64,000 bases of DNA from Candidatus Caldarchaeum sp. (GCA_038844785.1 JAWBRA010000009.1:3295-67294), one strand, 5' to 3'; positions 45,746 through 55,632 are shown, counted from the stretch's first letter. Numbers and translations are program-made. The notes: generated from the letters alone by a model not told the origin.

Positions 45746-46462
45746 GCCGCCTGGTTTAAATCCTTCGTAGAAAAGCGTGGGTGGAAGGGTGGCTGAGATT
45801 TTTATCAGAGAGCCGTCTTTCAAGCCAAGCTTTTCCCTTAGGTTCTCCTCGGCCACGAGCTCGGCTACAGAGCTGTCGTAAAGCGTTCTCTCAGGGAAAA
45901 CCATAACAGCTGGCTGAGTATCGTTAACCAGCACTTTTATGGCTTTCACAGATCCGTAGGTTCGTTTCTCGTCACGGAAGCCGCTTATCTCGATGTCGGC
46001 ATGCTTCTGAAGAAACAGCTTATTCTCGATCGAGTCCTTGGATAGCAGAGATACGTTTAACGTGCCTGGATACGGGATGAAGCCGAATTTTTCCTTCATC
46101 TGTTTTACGTAGCCGGGCAGGCTCATGTAGTAAGCCCCTTCACCATAGCCTGAGAAAACACGCCCCCCCATAACAATCTTGACTGGTCTTTCGAAAACCA
46201 TCTTCAACGAAAGATAGAGGTCCAGTAGAAGCGCCACCCCTTTCTTTGTCAGTTTAACGTAGCTGGTCCTTCCAACTACACGTCTTTCAATCAACCCATC
46301 CCGCTCCAGGATTATCAAAAGCCTAGAGGCTGATTGCTGGGACGTTCCGAAATGTTTTGACAGGATTGGGGTGGTGATTTTGAGGCTGTTGGTTATAGCG
46401 CCTGTTTCAGCCAAGTAAATCAATACTTTCTCCCTCAGAGAGAGGTTCCGCAACCTCGTCAA
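45710..46462 (-). CDS. ribK: CTP-dependent riboflavin kinase fused to N-terminal winged-helix regulator domain (RbkR-like)
   Basis: 250 aa. The C-terminus has archaeal RibK motifs (GYGEGAYYMSLPGYVKQ, PYPGTLNVSL). The N-terminal roughly 90 aa are wHTH. Convergent with ribL. Confidence 0.75.
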   Translation of the reverse strand: MTRLRNLSLREKVLIYLAETGAITNSLKITTPILSKHFGTSQQSASRLLIILERDGLIERRVVGRTSYVKLTKKGVALLLDLYLSLKMVFERPVKIVMGGRVFSGYGEGAYYMSLPGYVKQMKEKFGFIPYPGTLNVSLLSKDSIENKLFLQKHADIEISGFRDEKRTYGSVKAIKVLVNDTQPAVMVFPERTLYDSSVAELVAEENLREKLGLKDGSLIKISATLPPTLFYEGFKPGGLTSQSSTQDTS

Positions 46463-46503
46463 GCTTTTCCACGGGCGCCATTTAAATATTAGGTCTGAAA
46501 ATG

Positions 46504-47109
46504 TTAAAGGCTTATCGTGTCATCGGCTTTTAGGCCGTTTGACGTGTAAAGCAAAATGTCTATCCCGTTGCCGCTTCCCGCGTCCCTAGATATGGATGCT
46601 TTTATGGATTTTGCGGCAAGTTCGTAAACCTCGGCCGGCCCCATGTCGCGTTTGTACAGGTTTTCAATAACACCTACCGCTATCTCGGCACCAGTTCCGA
46701 CGACCGCGTAATCGTCCTCTATCATTGAGCCTAGTGGGTCGAGGACTATTACGTGAGGCCCCTCTCGGTCTACGCCGCCTACGATAGTTTCCATGAAGTA
46801 TGGAAAAAACCTGTTGCCGAAAAGGTTCCATGACAGGATTTTAGCCACTGTTCTAACGCTGGGCTCTATATTCTGCTCGAGCCTGTACAGGTTTGTAACC
46901 GCTGTCACTTCCTTTATAAGGTTTTGCATGTCTGCCACCACCCCTGCGCACGCCGCCCCTACGTAGTTTGTTATTTTGAAGACTTTACGGGCCTGTTTAG
47001 ACATGACAAAATATCCATAGGCAAACCTCTTCTCCGCCGCGATCGCGACGCAGTCACGTCCCCTTATCCCTACCGTTGTAGCTCCAGGGTAGTATAATGG
47101 TGTAGCCAA
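46504..47109 (-). CDS. psmB: Proteasome beta subunit
   Basis: 201 aa. A short propeptide is followed by the catalytic Thr context (TTVGIRGRDCV). Ntn-hydrolase fold. Confidence 0.85.
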   Translation of the reverse strand: MATPLYYPGATTVGIRGRDCVAIAAEKRFAYGYFVMSKQARKVFKITNYVGAACAGVVADMQNLIKEVTAVTNLYRLEQNIEPSVRTVAKILSWNLFGNRFFPYFMETIVGGVDREGPHVIVLDPLGSMIEDDYAVVGTGAEIAVGVIENLYKRDMGPAEVYELAAKSIKASISRDAGSGNGIDILLYTSNGLKADDTISL

Positions 47110-47186
47110 CTCTGAGACCCAGCCAGTTATTTGTATCGCCTCTAATTAACTCTTAACACGTCAATCCATAAAAACAATCGATCCCT

Positions 47187-48296
47187 TTGTCTGATTGGAT
47201 GGAGGATTACGTTCAGCTAGACGGCTCAATAGGCGAGGGTGGTGGACAGGTTTTACGGGTGGCTTTGGCAATCTCAGCCGTTCTAGGAAAGCCGCTTCAC
47301 ATAACCAACATCAGGCGAAAAAGACAGAACCCAGGTCTTCGCAACCAGCATCTTACAGCTGTTACCGCCGTGCAGAAAGCGTGTTCCGCGCAGGTGAAGG
47401 GGGCGTTCATAGGCTCAACCGAACTTTACTTTAGTCCAGGCAGGATTTCAACATCGAGACTTGAGCTTGACACAGGTACGGCAGGAAGCACGACGCTCGT
47501 CCTCCAATCTCTGCTGCCGGTTTTGTGCTTTGGACCCAGGTTAACAAGCTTCAGCGTCAGGGGTGGGACAAACAACCCTAACGCCCCCACATACGAGTAT
47601 TTCGAGCAAGTTTTTCTTCCATCGGTTGCGCCCATGGGCTTGGATGTGGAGCTGAGGCTTTTGAAGAGAGGGTTCTACCCACGCGGGAACGGTATAGTCA
47701 GCGGGCTGTGCAGGCCTGTCAGAAAGCTTAGCCCGATAAATCTGACAGGAGAGCCTAAAGTGGTTAAGGTGGTGGGGATAGCCTATACCTCCCGTCTTCC
47801 ATCCCATGTCGCTGAGCGGATGGCAAAAACATGTGAGAAACACTTGGTTGAAAAAGGCTATGAAAACGTATTCATTGAAAAAGAGGTTTTGACGGAGGTT
47901 GATGCAAAGTGCGCTTTGGACGCCGGCGCTGGGATATGCCTTGTTGCCGTTTGCGAGAACGGGGTTCGCATAGGTGTTGACAGGCTTGGCGAGAAGGGTG
48001 TGCCAGCCGAAAAGGTTGGGCAGGCAGCCGCTGAGGACCTTGTCTCCGAGCTGCAGCAAAAAGCACCTGTTGACAGACACTTAGGCGACATGCTCTCAAT
48101 CTACGCCGCCTTAGCAGACGGCCGCTCAGTCTATGAGGTGACGAAGCTGACAAACCACACTCTGACCAGCGTTCAGCTATGCCAGATTTTGGCTGGCTGC
48201 AAAGCAAGAGTGCATGGGTCTTTGAACGAAAGAGGTATGATTGAGATAGATGGAATAGGTTTCGTCAACAAAAACCTCGCCGACGCTAACGCCTAA
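47187..48296 (+). CDS. rtcA: RNA 3'-terminal phosphate cyclase
   Basis: 369 aa with the RtcA N-terminus (DGSIGEGGGQVLRVALAISAV) and catalytic His context. Confidence 0.8.
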   Translation: MSDWMEDYVQLDGSIGEGGGQVLRVALAISAVLGKPLHITNIRRKRQNPGLRNQHLTAVTAVQKACSAQVKGAFIGSTELYFSPGRISTSRLELDTGTAGSTTLVLQSLLPVLCFGPRLTSFSVRGGTNNPNAPTYEYFEQVFLPSVAPMGLDVELRLLKRGFYPRGNGIVSGLCRPVRKLSPINLTGEPKVVKVVGIAYTSRLPSHVAERMAKTCEKHLVEKGYENVFIEKEVLTEVDAKCALDAGAGICLVAVCENGVRIGVDRLGEKGVPAEKVGQAAAEDLVSELQQKAPVDRHLGDMLSIYAALADGRSVYEVTKLTNHTLTSVQLCQILAGCKARVHGSLNERGMIEIDGIGFVNKNLADANA

Positions 48297-48323
48297 TATA
48301 CAACCAAACCGTGATGAGTCGGG

Positions 48324-48842
48324 ATGAGAAGGGGGCTTTTCATCGGAAGGTTCCAGCCTTTTCATTTAGGACACTTGGAAGCCGTCAAATACATTCTTGA
48401 AAGAGAAGATGAATGTATAATAGGTGTTGGAAGCGCCCAGTTCAGCCACACGGTTGAAAACCCTTTCACAGCGGGCGAGAGGGTTGAAATAATATATCGT
48501 ACGCTTAAGCCTTCGGGGGTTGATCTGAGCAGGTGCTACGTCATCCCGGTGCCCGACATCGGCGAGCATAAGCTTTGGGTTTCACGTGTGATCTCCTTCT
48601 GTCCATCCTTCCAAACAGTCTACAGCAACAACAGCCTTGTAAAAATCTTGTTCGAGGAATGGGGTTACAGGGTTGAAGGCGTTCCATTCTTTGACCGCAA
48701 CAGGCTGATGGGTACGGAGATTAGAAAGCTGATAGCACAGTCAGGGGATTGGCGGAGCAGGCTCCACCCAGAAGCCGTTAAATATCTTGAAAGCATCAAA
48801 TGCGAGGAAAGGTTAGCAGCCCTCTTTAAAAACGACTTTTAG
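48324..48842 (+). CDS. nadM: Nicotinamide-nucleotide adenylyltransferase (archaeal NadM type)
   Basis: 172 aa with the HxGH motif (GRFQPFHLGH). Confidence 0.8.
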   Translation: MRRGLFIGRFQPFHLGHLEAVKYILEREDECIIGVGSAQFSHTVENPFTAGERVEIIYRTLKPSGVDLSRCYVIPVPDIGEHKLWVSRVISFCPSFQTVYSNNSLVKILFEEWGYRVEGVPFFDRNRLMGTEIRKLIAQSGDWRSRLHPEAVKYLESIKCEERLAALFKNDF

Positions 48843-49644
48843 ATATCAACAGCCTTTCGCCAGGCCGTATTGCGAGGGCTTTCGCCGCGTTTCCCCTGTT
48901 TACAGCTATCTCCAAGTAGCCTGTCCCCCCGACCAGCAGAACAAGCTCTCCTTCAGATGCCTGTGAATAGTAGCTCACGACCTTAACTTTGTCGAAAGAG
49001 CTGTCGGCAGCCTTTATGTCAACGGTTTTCCAGCTTTCGGGGAGCGTGCCTTGGATGTTCAGTATGATGTTTCCAAACCTGTCGACGTGTAAGGCCGTGG
49101 CTTCCACCGAATTCTCCCCCAACTTCGGCTTCGGAATCCCAAGCTCATTCATTTGTTTTTTCTCCTCCACAAACCTCAGCCAATTTTTCCCCGCGATAAA
49201 AAGACCCGCGAACTCTGCGAAAACATCTCGCCCATGGAAGGTCGGAGAGACCGAGGGAATTTTCTCGACAACAATCCTGTAAATTTTCGAAATACCCTCT
49301 GCTGATACTGCTGGATAAAGCAATCCCGTGTCAGGGCCTATAAACATTTTTCCCCTCGCTGTCTTCACGGCTATTGCGTCCCGGTGACCACCCACGGTGG
49401 GGTCTACAACAGCTAAAAAGACTGTGTTATCCGGGAAAGATTTTGCCGCAAGCATGAGGAGAAAAGCCCCCTCCAAAACGTTAAAGGGATCGATTTCGTG
49501 GGTGATGTCAACTATTACTGCATCAGCCCTGTGTTTGAGGATGACGGCCTTAACCTCGGCTACGTACGTGTCCCGTGTCCCATAATCGGTCAGCAAAGCC
49601 ACAACTGGCTTTTTCAAGTTTTTAACCAAGCTCGGGAAAAACAT
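48826..49644 (-). CDS. SAM hydroxide adenosyltransferase (DUF62 family)
   Basis: N-terminal motif LLTDYGTRDTYVAEVKAVI. The start is proposed at Met22 (49644), which is 5 nt from the divergent pth2 start. The maximal ORF starts at 49707. Confidence 0.7.
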   Translation of the reverse strand: MFFPSLVKNLKKPVVALLTDYGTRDTYVAEVKAVILKHRADAVIVDITHEIDPFNVLEGAFLLMLAAKSFPDNTVFLAVVDPTVGGHRDAIAVKTARGKMFIGPDTGLLYPAVSAEGISKIYRIVVEKIPSVSPTFHGRDVFAEFAGLFIAGKNWLRFVEEKKQMNELGIPKPKLGENSVEATALHVDRFGNIILNIQGTLPESWKTVDIKAADSSFDKVKVVSYYSQASEGELVLLVGGTGYLEIAVNRGNAAKALAIRPGERLLISKSRF

Positions 49645-49648
49645 ATCG

Positions 49649-50005
49649 ATGCGCAAATATAAACAAGTCATCGTTATTCGCTCAGACCTCAGGATGAGCG
49701 TCGGCAAGACGGCCTCTCAAGCATCCCATGCAGCCGTGCTTGCATTGGAGAACGCCAGGAAAAGAAACCCCGACTGGGTTGAGGAATGGTTTGCGTCTGG
49801 CCAGAAAAAAGTAGTTCTTAAAGTCGTCTCTGAACAGGAGTTGAGAAGGCTTGCAGAACTCTGTGCCTTCAGGGGTCTTCCGTATGAAGTCGTTGAGGAC
49901 GCTGGCTTAACTGAGCTTCCTCCGGGCACGGCTACCGCCCTCGGCATTGGCCCCGCCCCTGAGGAAGAGGTTGATAGGATAACGGGAAGCCTTCCGTTGC
50001 TCTAA
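49649..50005 (+). CDS. pth2: Peptidyl-tRNA hydrolase, archaeal PTH2 type
   Basis: 118 aa with VIVIRSDLRMSVGKTASQASHA, typical of Pth2. Confidence 0.85.
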   Translation: MRKYKQVIVIRSDLRMSVGKTASQASHAAVLALENARKRNPDWVEEWFASGQKKVVLKVVSEQELRRLAELCAFRGLPYEVVEDAGLTELPPGTATALGIGPAPEEEVDRITGSLPLL

Positions 50006-50033
50006 ACTTATGAGATAGCCGTGAGGAACTAGT

Positions 50034-50711
50034 TTGATGTATGAGAGGGGGACGACGGTTACATATGGCTTGATCGCCGTAAACTTCGCCGTTTGGCTTC
50101 TGATAAACCTTGTATTCAGAAGCCAAACGCTGCTCTCAGCCTTCCTTTTAACGTTTGGAGCTGTTCCCATATTCATACTTAACGGACAAAACTTCTTCTC
50201 GCTCGTCACCTACATGTTTGTACACGTTGACCTGATCCACATACTTCTCAACATGTACAGCCTTTTCCTATTCGGAAGGGATGTGGAAAACTATGTCGGG
50301 TCTGGAAAGTTTTTAGCTGTATATCTGTTGGGCGGGGTTGCAGCCGCACTCTTCCACATCTTTTACTTTGCCTGGTTTCTGGCGCTTGAGTGTTCACCGT
50401 TCATTAGGCCTATACCGTCAGCATGTTTAACACCTTCCATAGGAGCCTCGGGAGCTATTTTCGGAATCATGGGCAGTTATCTGGTCTTCTTCCCGCATAG
50501 ACGTCTTTACGCCTTTATGTGGTTTATACCGATGGTTGCTCCAGCTTACGTTGTTATCCTAGGGTTTATTCTGATTCAAACCGTCTTCATGCTCACCACC
50601 CCTTTCAGCACAATAGCCTACACAGCCCACGTTGGAGGTTTCATAGCAGGCCTGCTCCTCTCGCTGCCGCTGCGTAGACGCTGGACGCCAGAATGGTACT
50701 ATTACGGCTGA
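50034..50711 (+). CDS. Rhomboid family intramembrane serine protease
   Basis: 225 aa with 6 TM helices, catalytic GASGAIFG and a downstream AHVGG His motif. Confidence 0.8.
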   Translation: MMYERGTTVTYGLIAVNFAVWLLINLVFRSQTLLSAFLLTFGAVPIFILNGQNFFSLVTYMFVHVDLIHILLNMYSLFLFGRDVENYVGSGKFLAVYLLGGVAAALFHIFYFAWFLALECSPFIRPIPSACLTPSIGASGAIFGIMGSYLVFFPHRRLYAFMWFIPMVAPAYVVILGFILIQTVFMLTTPFSTIAYTAHVGGFIAGLLLSLPLRRRWTPEWYYYG

Positions 50712-50845
50712 ATTCTATATCTATAAAAATCAGCAACCCGTTAAATGGCTAAGTCATGTGGACCCCTGCTAGGTCTGTCTTCCCGGGATACTATAGGACG
50801 GGAATATTCGGCTATAGGTACGCTGACTCAAAGTCGATTTTGGAG

Positions 50846-51412
50846 ATGGTTGAGGAGACTGAGGTGCCTGCCAAAAAAGTGAATGAGACAATCGCAAGGT
50901 ATGGTGTTGAAAAAGTCCATAAAGTAGAAGGCCCTCGCGGCGTTGAGTATTTGCTGTACAGGTTCCGGAACTTCAGGCTCATCCGCTACCTCCTCAACTG
51001 GGGTAGGATGGCCTCTCTTTTTCCAGCCCATATAACAACTGCATGCTGTTCCGTGGAATTTGCTGCAACACACTCTCCACGATACGATCCGGAGAGGTTT
51101 GGATGGCTGCCTGCGACGGGAAGCCTGCGACAGTCCGACGTTTTGGTTGTTGAAGGAACAGTCTCGTCGAAGATGGCCATGCGGCTGAGGCTAATCTACG
51201 ACCAAATGCCTGACCCAAAATGGGTCATAGCGATGGGCGCCTGTGCTATAAGCGGGGGACTGTACGCGAAAGATTCATACAACGTTGTGCAAGGAATAGA
51301 CGATATTCTACCAGTTGACGTCTACGTTCCCGGCTGCCCGCCGCGGCCTGAAACACTTTTCCAAGCTATCCTGCTTCTCCGCGAGAAAATCCTTTACGGG
51401 AGGGTGGTTTGA
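50846..51412 (+). CDS. nuoB: NADH-quinone oxidoreductase subunit B (20 kDa)
   Basis: N2-cluster Cys ligands in CCSVEF, GACAISGG and PGCPP contexts. The start is proposed at the internal Met (MVEET..). The maximal ORF starts at 50756. Confidence 0.8.
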   Translation: MVEETEVPAKKVNETIARYGVEKVHKVEGPRGVEYLLYRFRNFRLIRYLLNWGRMASLFPAHITTACCSVEFAATHSPRYDPERFGWLPATGSLRQSDVLVVEGTVSSKMAMRLRLIYDQMPDPKWVIAMGACAISGGLYAKDSYNVVQGIDDILPVDVYVPGCPPRPETLFQAILLLREKILYGRVV

Positions 51413-51897
51413 TGTCAGCATCTCCCCACCAAGCTGTTTTGGAATCGGTTGAAAAAAGGTTCGGGAAAGCCTTGGAGAAAGTCGTTGACGAGAAAAAATT
51501 GGTTAAGATGGTTGTAGAAGTTGACGTTCTGAAGAAAGCTGCTGCCTACTTACGGGACAATCATGGATTCGACCACGTGAAGGCAGTCACGGCTGTTGAC
51601 TTAAGCAGGCTTCTCAAGAAGGAAAACAAGATAGAAGTAATTTATCACTTGGGTTCCTACAGTAGGCAGGAGCTTTTCAGAGCCGATTTGGCTCTTTCGG
51701 TAAAGCTCGACAAAAACAACCCACGCATGCCCTCTTTGACGGACATATGGCCGAGCTGCGAATACCATGAAAGAGAGGTTTACGAGATGTTCGGAGTGTT
51801 TTTCGAAGGCCATCCCGACCTCAGGAGGCTTCTCCTTCCTGAGTACTGGAGTGATATTCCACCCATGCTCAAGGAGTACGAACCACCAGGCAGGTGA
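51409..51897 (+). CDS. nuoC: NADH-quinone oxidoreductase subunit C (30 kDa)
   Basis: 162 aa with C-terminal EREVYEMFGVFFEGHPDLRRLLL, typical of NuoC. Overlaps nuoB and nuoD by 4 nt each. Confidence 0.8.
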   Translation: MMSASPHQAVLESVEKRFGKALEKVVDEKKLVKMVVEVDVLKKAAAYLRDNHGFDHVKAVTAVDLSRLLKKENKIEVIYHLGSYSRQELFRADLALSVKLDKNNPRMPSLTDIWPSCEYHEREVYEMFGVFFEGHPDLRRLLLPEYWSDIPPMLKEYEPPGR

Positions 51898-53129
51898 TTG
51901 CGATGACTGTGATGGAGAAGGGTGAGGAAGTCAAACGTATGGAGTTTTATGACGTCGGTGAAGCCGTTTTAAAGGTTAGCTACGGTCCCCAGCATCCAGG
52001 AACAGGCCACTTCAGGCTCATCGTCACCGTTTCAGGCGACACAGTTGTCGAAGCAGACCCCGACCCAGGCTTCGTACATAGAGGCGAGGAAAAGCTTGCG
52101 GAATACAAAACATGGATAACAAACATCCCCCACTTGGAAAGGCCTGTTATCCTAGACTCCGCCGGCATACAGTACCCTTATGTTCTGGCTGTAGAAAAGC
52201 TGATGGGTGTCGAACCTCCTGAGAGGGCAAAGTATCTAAGAGTCATAATGGCTGAGCTTCAGAGGATTGCAAGCCATCTTTACTGGTTCGCCCTCTACGG
52301 CGTCTTCCTAGGCCATTCAACAATGTTTCTCTGGTGTTTCGGAGACCGGGAATACCTGGTTGACTTGACATCCCTGATAGGGGGGCAGCGTATCACACAC
52401 GCATACTTCGAGCCAGGAGGGGTTAGGAATGACATTCCAAAGAATGTGCCGAGAGAGCTGGTGAAAGAGTTTTCACGCTACTACAGAATGGTTACGGGCA
52501 AGGAGCTCCCGTCAGACAGTACCGACTTCAAAAAATACACGCTGGCCGTGTGTGAGTTCTTTGACGGAAGGCTGGACGACTACTGGGACATGTTCTTCAA
52601 CAACGAGCTGTTCATCAGCAGGACGAAGGACGTGGGGGTCTTAAGCCAGGGAGACGCCGTAAGGCTTGGAGCCGTAGGCACAACACTCAGGGCTTCAGGC
52701 ATAAAATACGACAACAGAGTAAACAACCCCTACGACGCCTATCCCCAGCTCAAGTTCGACGTCCCAGCGGGATCAAGGGGAGACTGCTACGACAGGGCGA
52801 TAGTGGGCTTTAAGGAGATGCGTGAAAGCGTGAGGATAATCAGCCAAGCAGTTGAGATGATGCCCGACGGCCCCGTCAAGCTCAAGCAGCATCCGATAAA
52901 CATACGTGTGCCAGCCGGCGAAGCCGTCGCAAGAACGGAAGCAGCACGCGGAGAGATGATGTACTACATAAGAAGCGAGGGAGGGGACAAGCCGTACAGA
53001 GTTAAAATAAGCCCACCTTCGTTCAGGCTTCTGCCAGTCATGAAATATCTGTTAAGAGGAGAGCAGATAGCCAACATACCTCCGATTTACTGGTCGCTTA
53101 ACTACTGGCCGGTTGAGGCCGACCGCTAG
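51894..53129 (+). CDS. nuoD: NADH-quinone oxidoreductase subunit D (49 kDa)
   Basis: 411 aa with GPQHPGTGHFRL and the C-terminal region typical of NuoD. Confidence 0.85.
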   Translation: MIAMTVMEKGEEVKRMEFYDVGEAVLKVSYGPQHPGTGHFRLIVTVSGDTVVEADPDPGFVHRGEEKLAEYKTWITNIPHLERPVILDSAGIQYPYVLAVEKLMGVEPPERAKYLRVIMAELQRIASHLYWFALYGVFLGHSTMFLWCFGDREYLVDLTSLIGGQRITHAYFEPGGVRNDIPKNVPRELVKEFSRYYRMVTGKELPSDSTDFKKYTLAVCEFFDGRLDDYWDMFFNNELFISRTKDVGVLSQGDAVRLGAVGTTLRASGIKYDNRVNNPYDAYPQLKFDVPAGSRGDCYDRAIVGFKEMRESVRIISQAVEMMPDGPVKLKQHPINIRVPAGEAVARTEAARGEMMYYIRSEGGDKPYRVKISPPSFRLLPVMKYLLRGEQIANIPPIYWSLNYWPVEADR

Positions 53130-53130
53130 C

Positions 53131-55614
53131 CTACATGAAGCTTTCCAAGCTCGTCAAGCCGACAACGCTGTCGAAATCTATCTCCAGAGGGTCGAGAACC
53201 TGCTCGAAGGTTGAACGCATGTACTCGATGTACTTGTCTACGTCCACGGCTTCCTTCCTAGCCAGCTGAAGCGGCGTCACCCCCTCCCTATCCTTTGTTT
53301 TGACAAAGCTTATTATGTCTCCAGGCCCAACTTTAACCCCCAAGGCCTGAAGCTTTTTAGCCGCCTTAACATGCTGCGGCGTCGTCTTCTCATACCTCTC
53401 AATCGTCTTCGACATCATGACCCTGAACGCAAGCTGGTCGATCTCGAAGGTTCTGTTCTTGAGCTTCGAATACCATGCCGCTATGACTTCCCGGATGTTT
53501 TTCTTAACTCTTTCAAGGTCTTCGGCCGTCTTTACCTCCGCCAGCTGCCTCAGCATCTCGTCGAAAGCTTCCTTGATGAATACGGGGATGTTTCTCTTCT
53601 TGCCCGTCAGCCCCTTGACATCCACTATTCCTCTGTCGGTAACGCCCAGGTAGTTCTTTTTCCTCCGGCTGAAAACCACATATCTATAGACTTTGTCAAA
53701 CTCAAGCTCCAGCCTGAACTTTTCCCTAGCCCATCTGATCAGCTCATTAACCTGCGCTGGGTCTGTTGTCTTCAGGAAGATAGAGTCCGTGTCGCCGTAC
53801 ACGACGAGTATGTTAAGCGACCTGGCTTTATCGATAGCCGACTGAAAAACATACCGGCCTATTGCCGTAGTGCTTTCGGCAAGAGGCGGGCAGTACAGAG
53901 GAAACTCCTCAAAACCTAGGACGCCGTAGCTTGCGTTAAGGAATACCTTTAAAGCCCTTTGAACAACCTCGTACCAGCTTCTCTGGACAGCTGTTAACGA
54001 CTTGTCGGACGCCATCGGCTTATACCATTTAACCCGAATGTCTCTTATCGCGCCTATTATGCCGCTTTGGAGCCCTTGTCTTTTCGAGCAGACCCAGTGG
54101 GTTGTCTCAGGGATTTTGTTGCTTCTGCATTCTTGATGGGGGCAGTTGATTGTTTCGAAGCTCAGGTTGTATTCCTTGAGAACGCTTGGATACAGTGAGG
54201 CGAAATCCAACACAGTTACGTTGAAATGAACGCCGGGAACAGGTTCGACAACCAGCCCACCCCTGTATTTTTTCCCTTCTATGATGGCTTTTGTACTGGT
54301 TTCTCCCTTGGCTGATATTAGGTCTTCTTTCAAGGGTATCAACCAGTTAAGCCCCCGTAGCTCCCAGTACAGAAGGTTTTTGATCCATCCGCTTACGCCG
54401 TGTCTGCAAACGTCTTCCAAGGGCATTCTGCTTATGCGTGAAATAACAGCCATCAGCCTCAGAAGGAGGCGGTCACCAACCTCAACCATGTCTCTTAAAA
54501 GCCTCGAGTCTCTATAGCTATAGCTCGCCAGCTCTTGGAGGCTGAGCTCGCCCAAAGGCTTCTCAATCTGAACCTTCCCAACGCCGAGCAAAGCCTTAGC
54601 CACGCCGTCAAGCGTGTATTCCCTGTAGCGGTTGTCGAAGGCGTAGACCTGCACCGACTTGTTGTTGAAGAAACGGTAAAGGTCGAGATGCACCCCCTTT
54701 CTAAGGGTTGCACCATCTCTCCCAATGTTTATCGGTATTTTGTTCCTTGGGATGTTGAGCTTTTCAGCCCTGTTTTTTAGGTAGGGTAGGTCGAATTCGT
54801 CACCGTTGAATGACACAACAATCGGATAGTCTTCCATTATCTCGAAACATCTTAACAGCAGCGCTGCCTCATCGTCAAATACTTCCAAAGCGAACTCACC
54901 GCCCTCAAAATGCATTTCAATATTATCTCTCTTTAACACTAGCACTTTGTTCATGTTCTTTGTTCCAGAGAAGGATACAGCTACAACTCTGTCCTCCGGG
55001 TTGGAGGGGGATGGCACACGGGTCGGCGACTCGCCCAGAATCTCAATATCTAGAGCGGTGAAATCGATGGGAGGATGCTCCGACTCGAGAATATCAAGCC
55101 ATTTTTTTATCTCTCTCTTCTCGTTGTCGGAAAGATCCTTAAAAAACTTCTCAAGGATTTGCTGGACTTTCTCCGCGTCTCCCAGTAAGGGTGTGAATTT
55201 ACCGTTTTCAACCGTGTAAACCAGGCTTGGAACAAGCCTGTTATCGTAGATGTAGTTTAGATGGTAGGGTATGTCGGCTTCCCAGCTTCTCACCATCTCT
55301 CGTATAGACTTTTTTGTTCCACCTACTGCGAGCGGGTCCGTAGCCTTTATTAAAGTCATGGTTATGTTTCGGTCGTTGATGCTGTCGTATTTCTCAACCT
55401 CGACAAACTCTACCGCTCCAGCCTCTTTAAGCCTTGGGTCGTTAGCCAGCTCGGCTGCGGGTTTGTCGCTCAAGCAGTATGGTTTATGTCCTGTATTATC
55501 CATGTGTATTGTGACTCTCTTGGTTTCGAGGTCAAGCAGCTTGAGGTAAGCCTTCCTCTCCTGCCCGTCATACCCAACGCCCAGAAGGAAATACTTAGAC
55601 ATCTTCCGAAACAT
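53131..55614 (-). CDS. polB: Family B DNA polymerase
   Basis: 827 aa. Exo I (FTALDIEIL), polymerase motif A (DFASLYPS), motif C (VVYGDTDSIFL) and the KKRY-like motif are present. Confidence 0.85.
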   Translation of the reverse strand: MFRKMSKYFLLGVGYDGQERKAYLKLLDLETKRVTIHMDNTGHKPYCLSDKPAAELANDPRLKEAGAVEFVEVEKYDSINDRNITMTLIKATDPLAVGGTKKSIREMVRSWEADIPYHLNYIYDNRLVPSLVYTVENGKFTPLLGDAEKVQQILEKFFKDLSDNEKREIKKWLDILESEHPPIDFTALDIEILGESPTRVPSPSNPEDRVVAVSFSGTKNMNKVLVLKRDNIEMHFEGGEFALEVFDDEAALLLRCFEIMEDYPIVVSFNGDEFDLPYLKNRAEKLNIPRNKIPINIGRDGATLRKGVHLDLYRFFNNKSVQVYAFDNRYREYTLDGVAKALLGVGKVQIEKPLGELSLQELASYSYRDSRLLRDMVEVGDRLLLRLMAVISRISRMPLEDVCRHGVSGWIKNLLYWELRGLNWLIPLKEDLISAKGETSTKAIIEGKKYRGGLVVEPVPGVHFNVTVLDFASLYPSVLKEYNLSFETINCPHQECRSNKIPETTHWVCSKRQGLQSGIIGAIRDIRVKWYKPMASDKSLTAVQRSWYEVVQRALKVFLNASYGVLGFEEFPLYCPPLAESTTAIGRYVFQSAIDKARSLNILVVYGDTDSIFLKTTDPAQVNELIRWAREKFRLELEFDKVYRYVVFSRRKKNYLGVTDRGIVDVKGLTGKKRNIPVFIKEAFDEMLRQLAEVKTAEDLERVKKNIREVIAAWYSKLKNRTFEIDQLAFRVMMSKTIERYEKTTPQHVKAAKKLQALGVKVGPGDIISFVKTKDREGVTPLQLARKEAVDVDKYIEYMRSTFEQVLDPLEIDFDSVVGLTSLESFM

Positions 55615-55632
55615 TCAGTCAACGATGGCTTT

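Noticed and set aside
47541-48207. Three overlapping minus-strand ORFs (179, 77 and 111 aa) inside rtcA.
   Set aside because: Antisense to a confidently identified RNA 3'-phosphate cyclase. Low-complexity translations.
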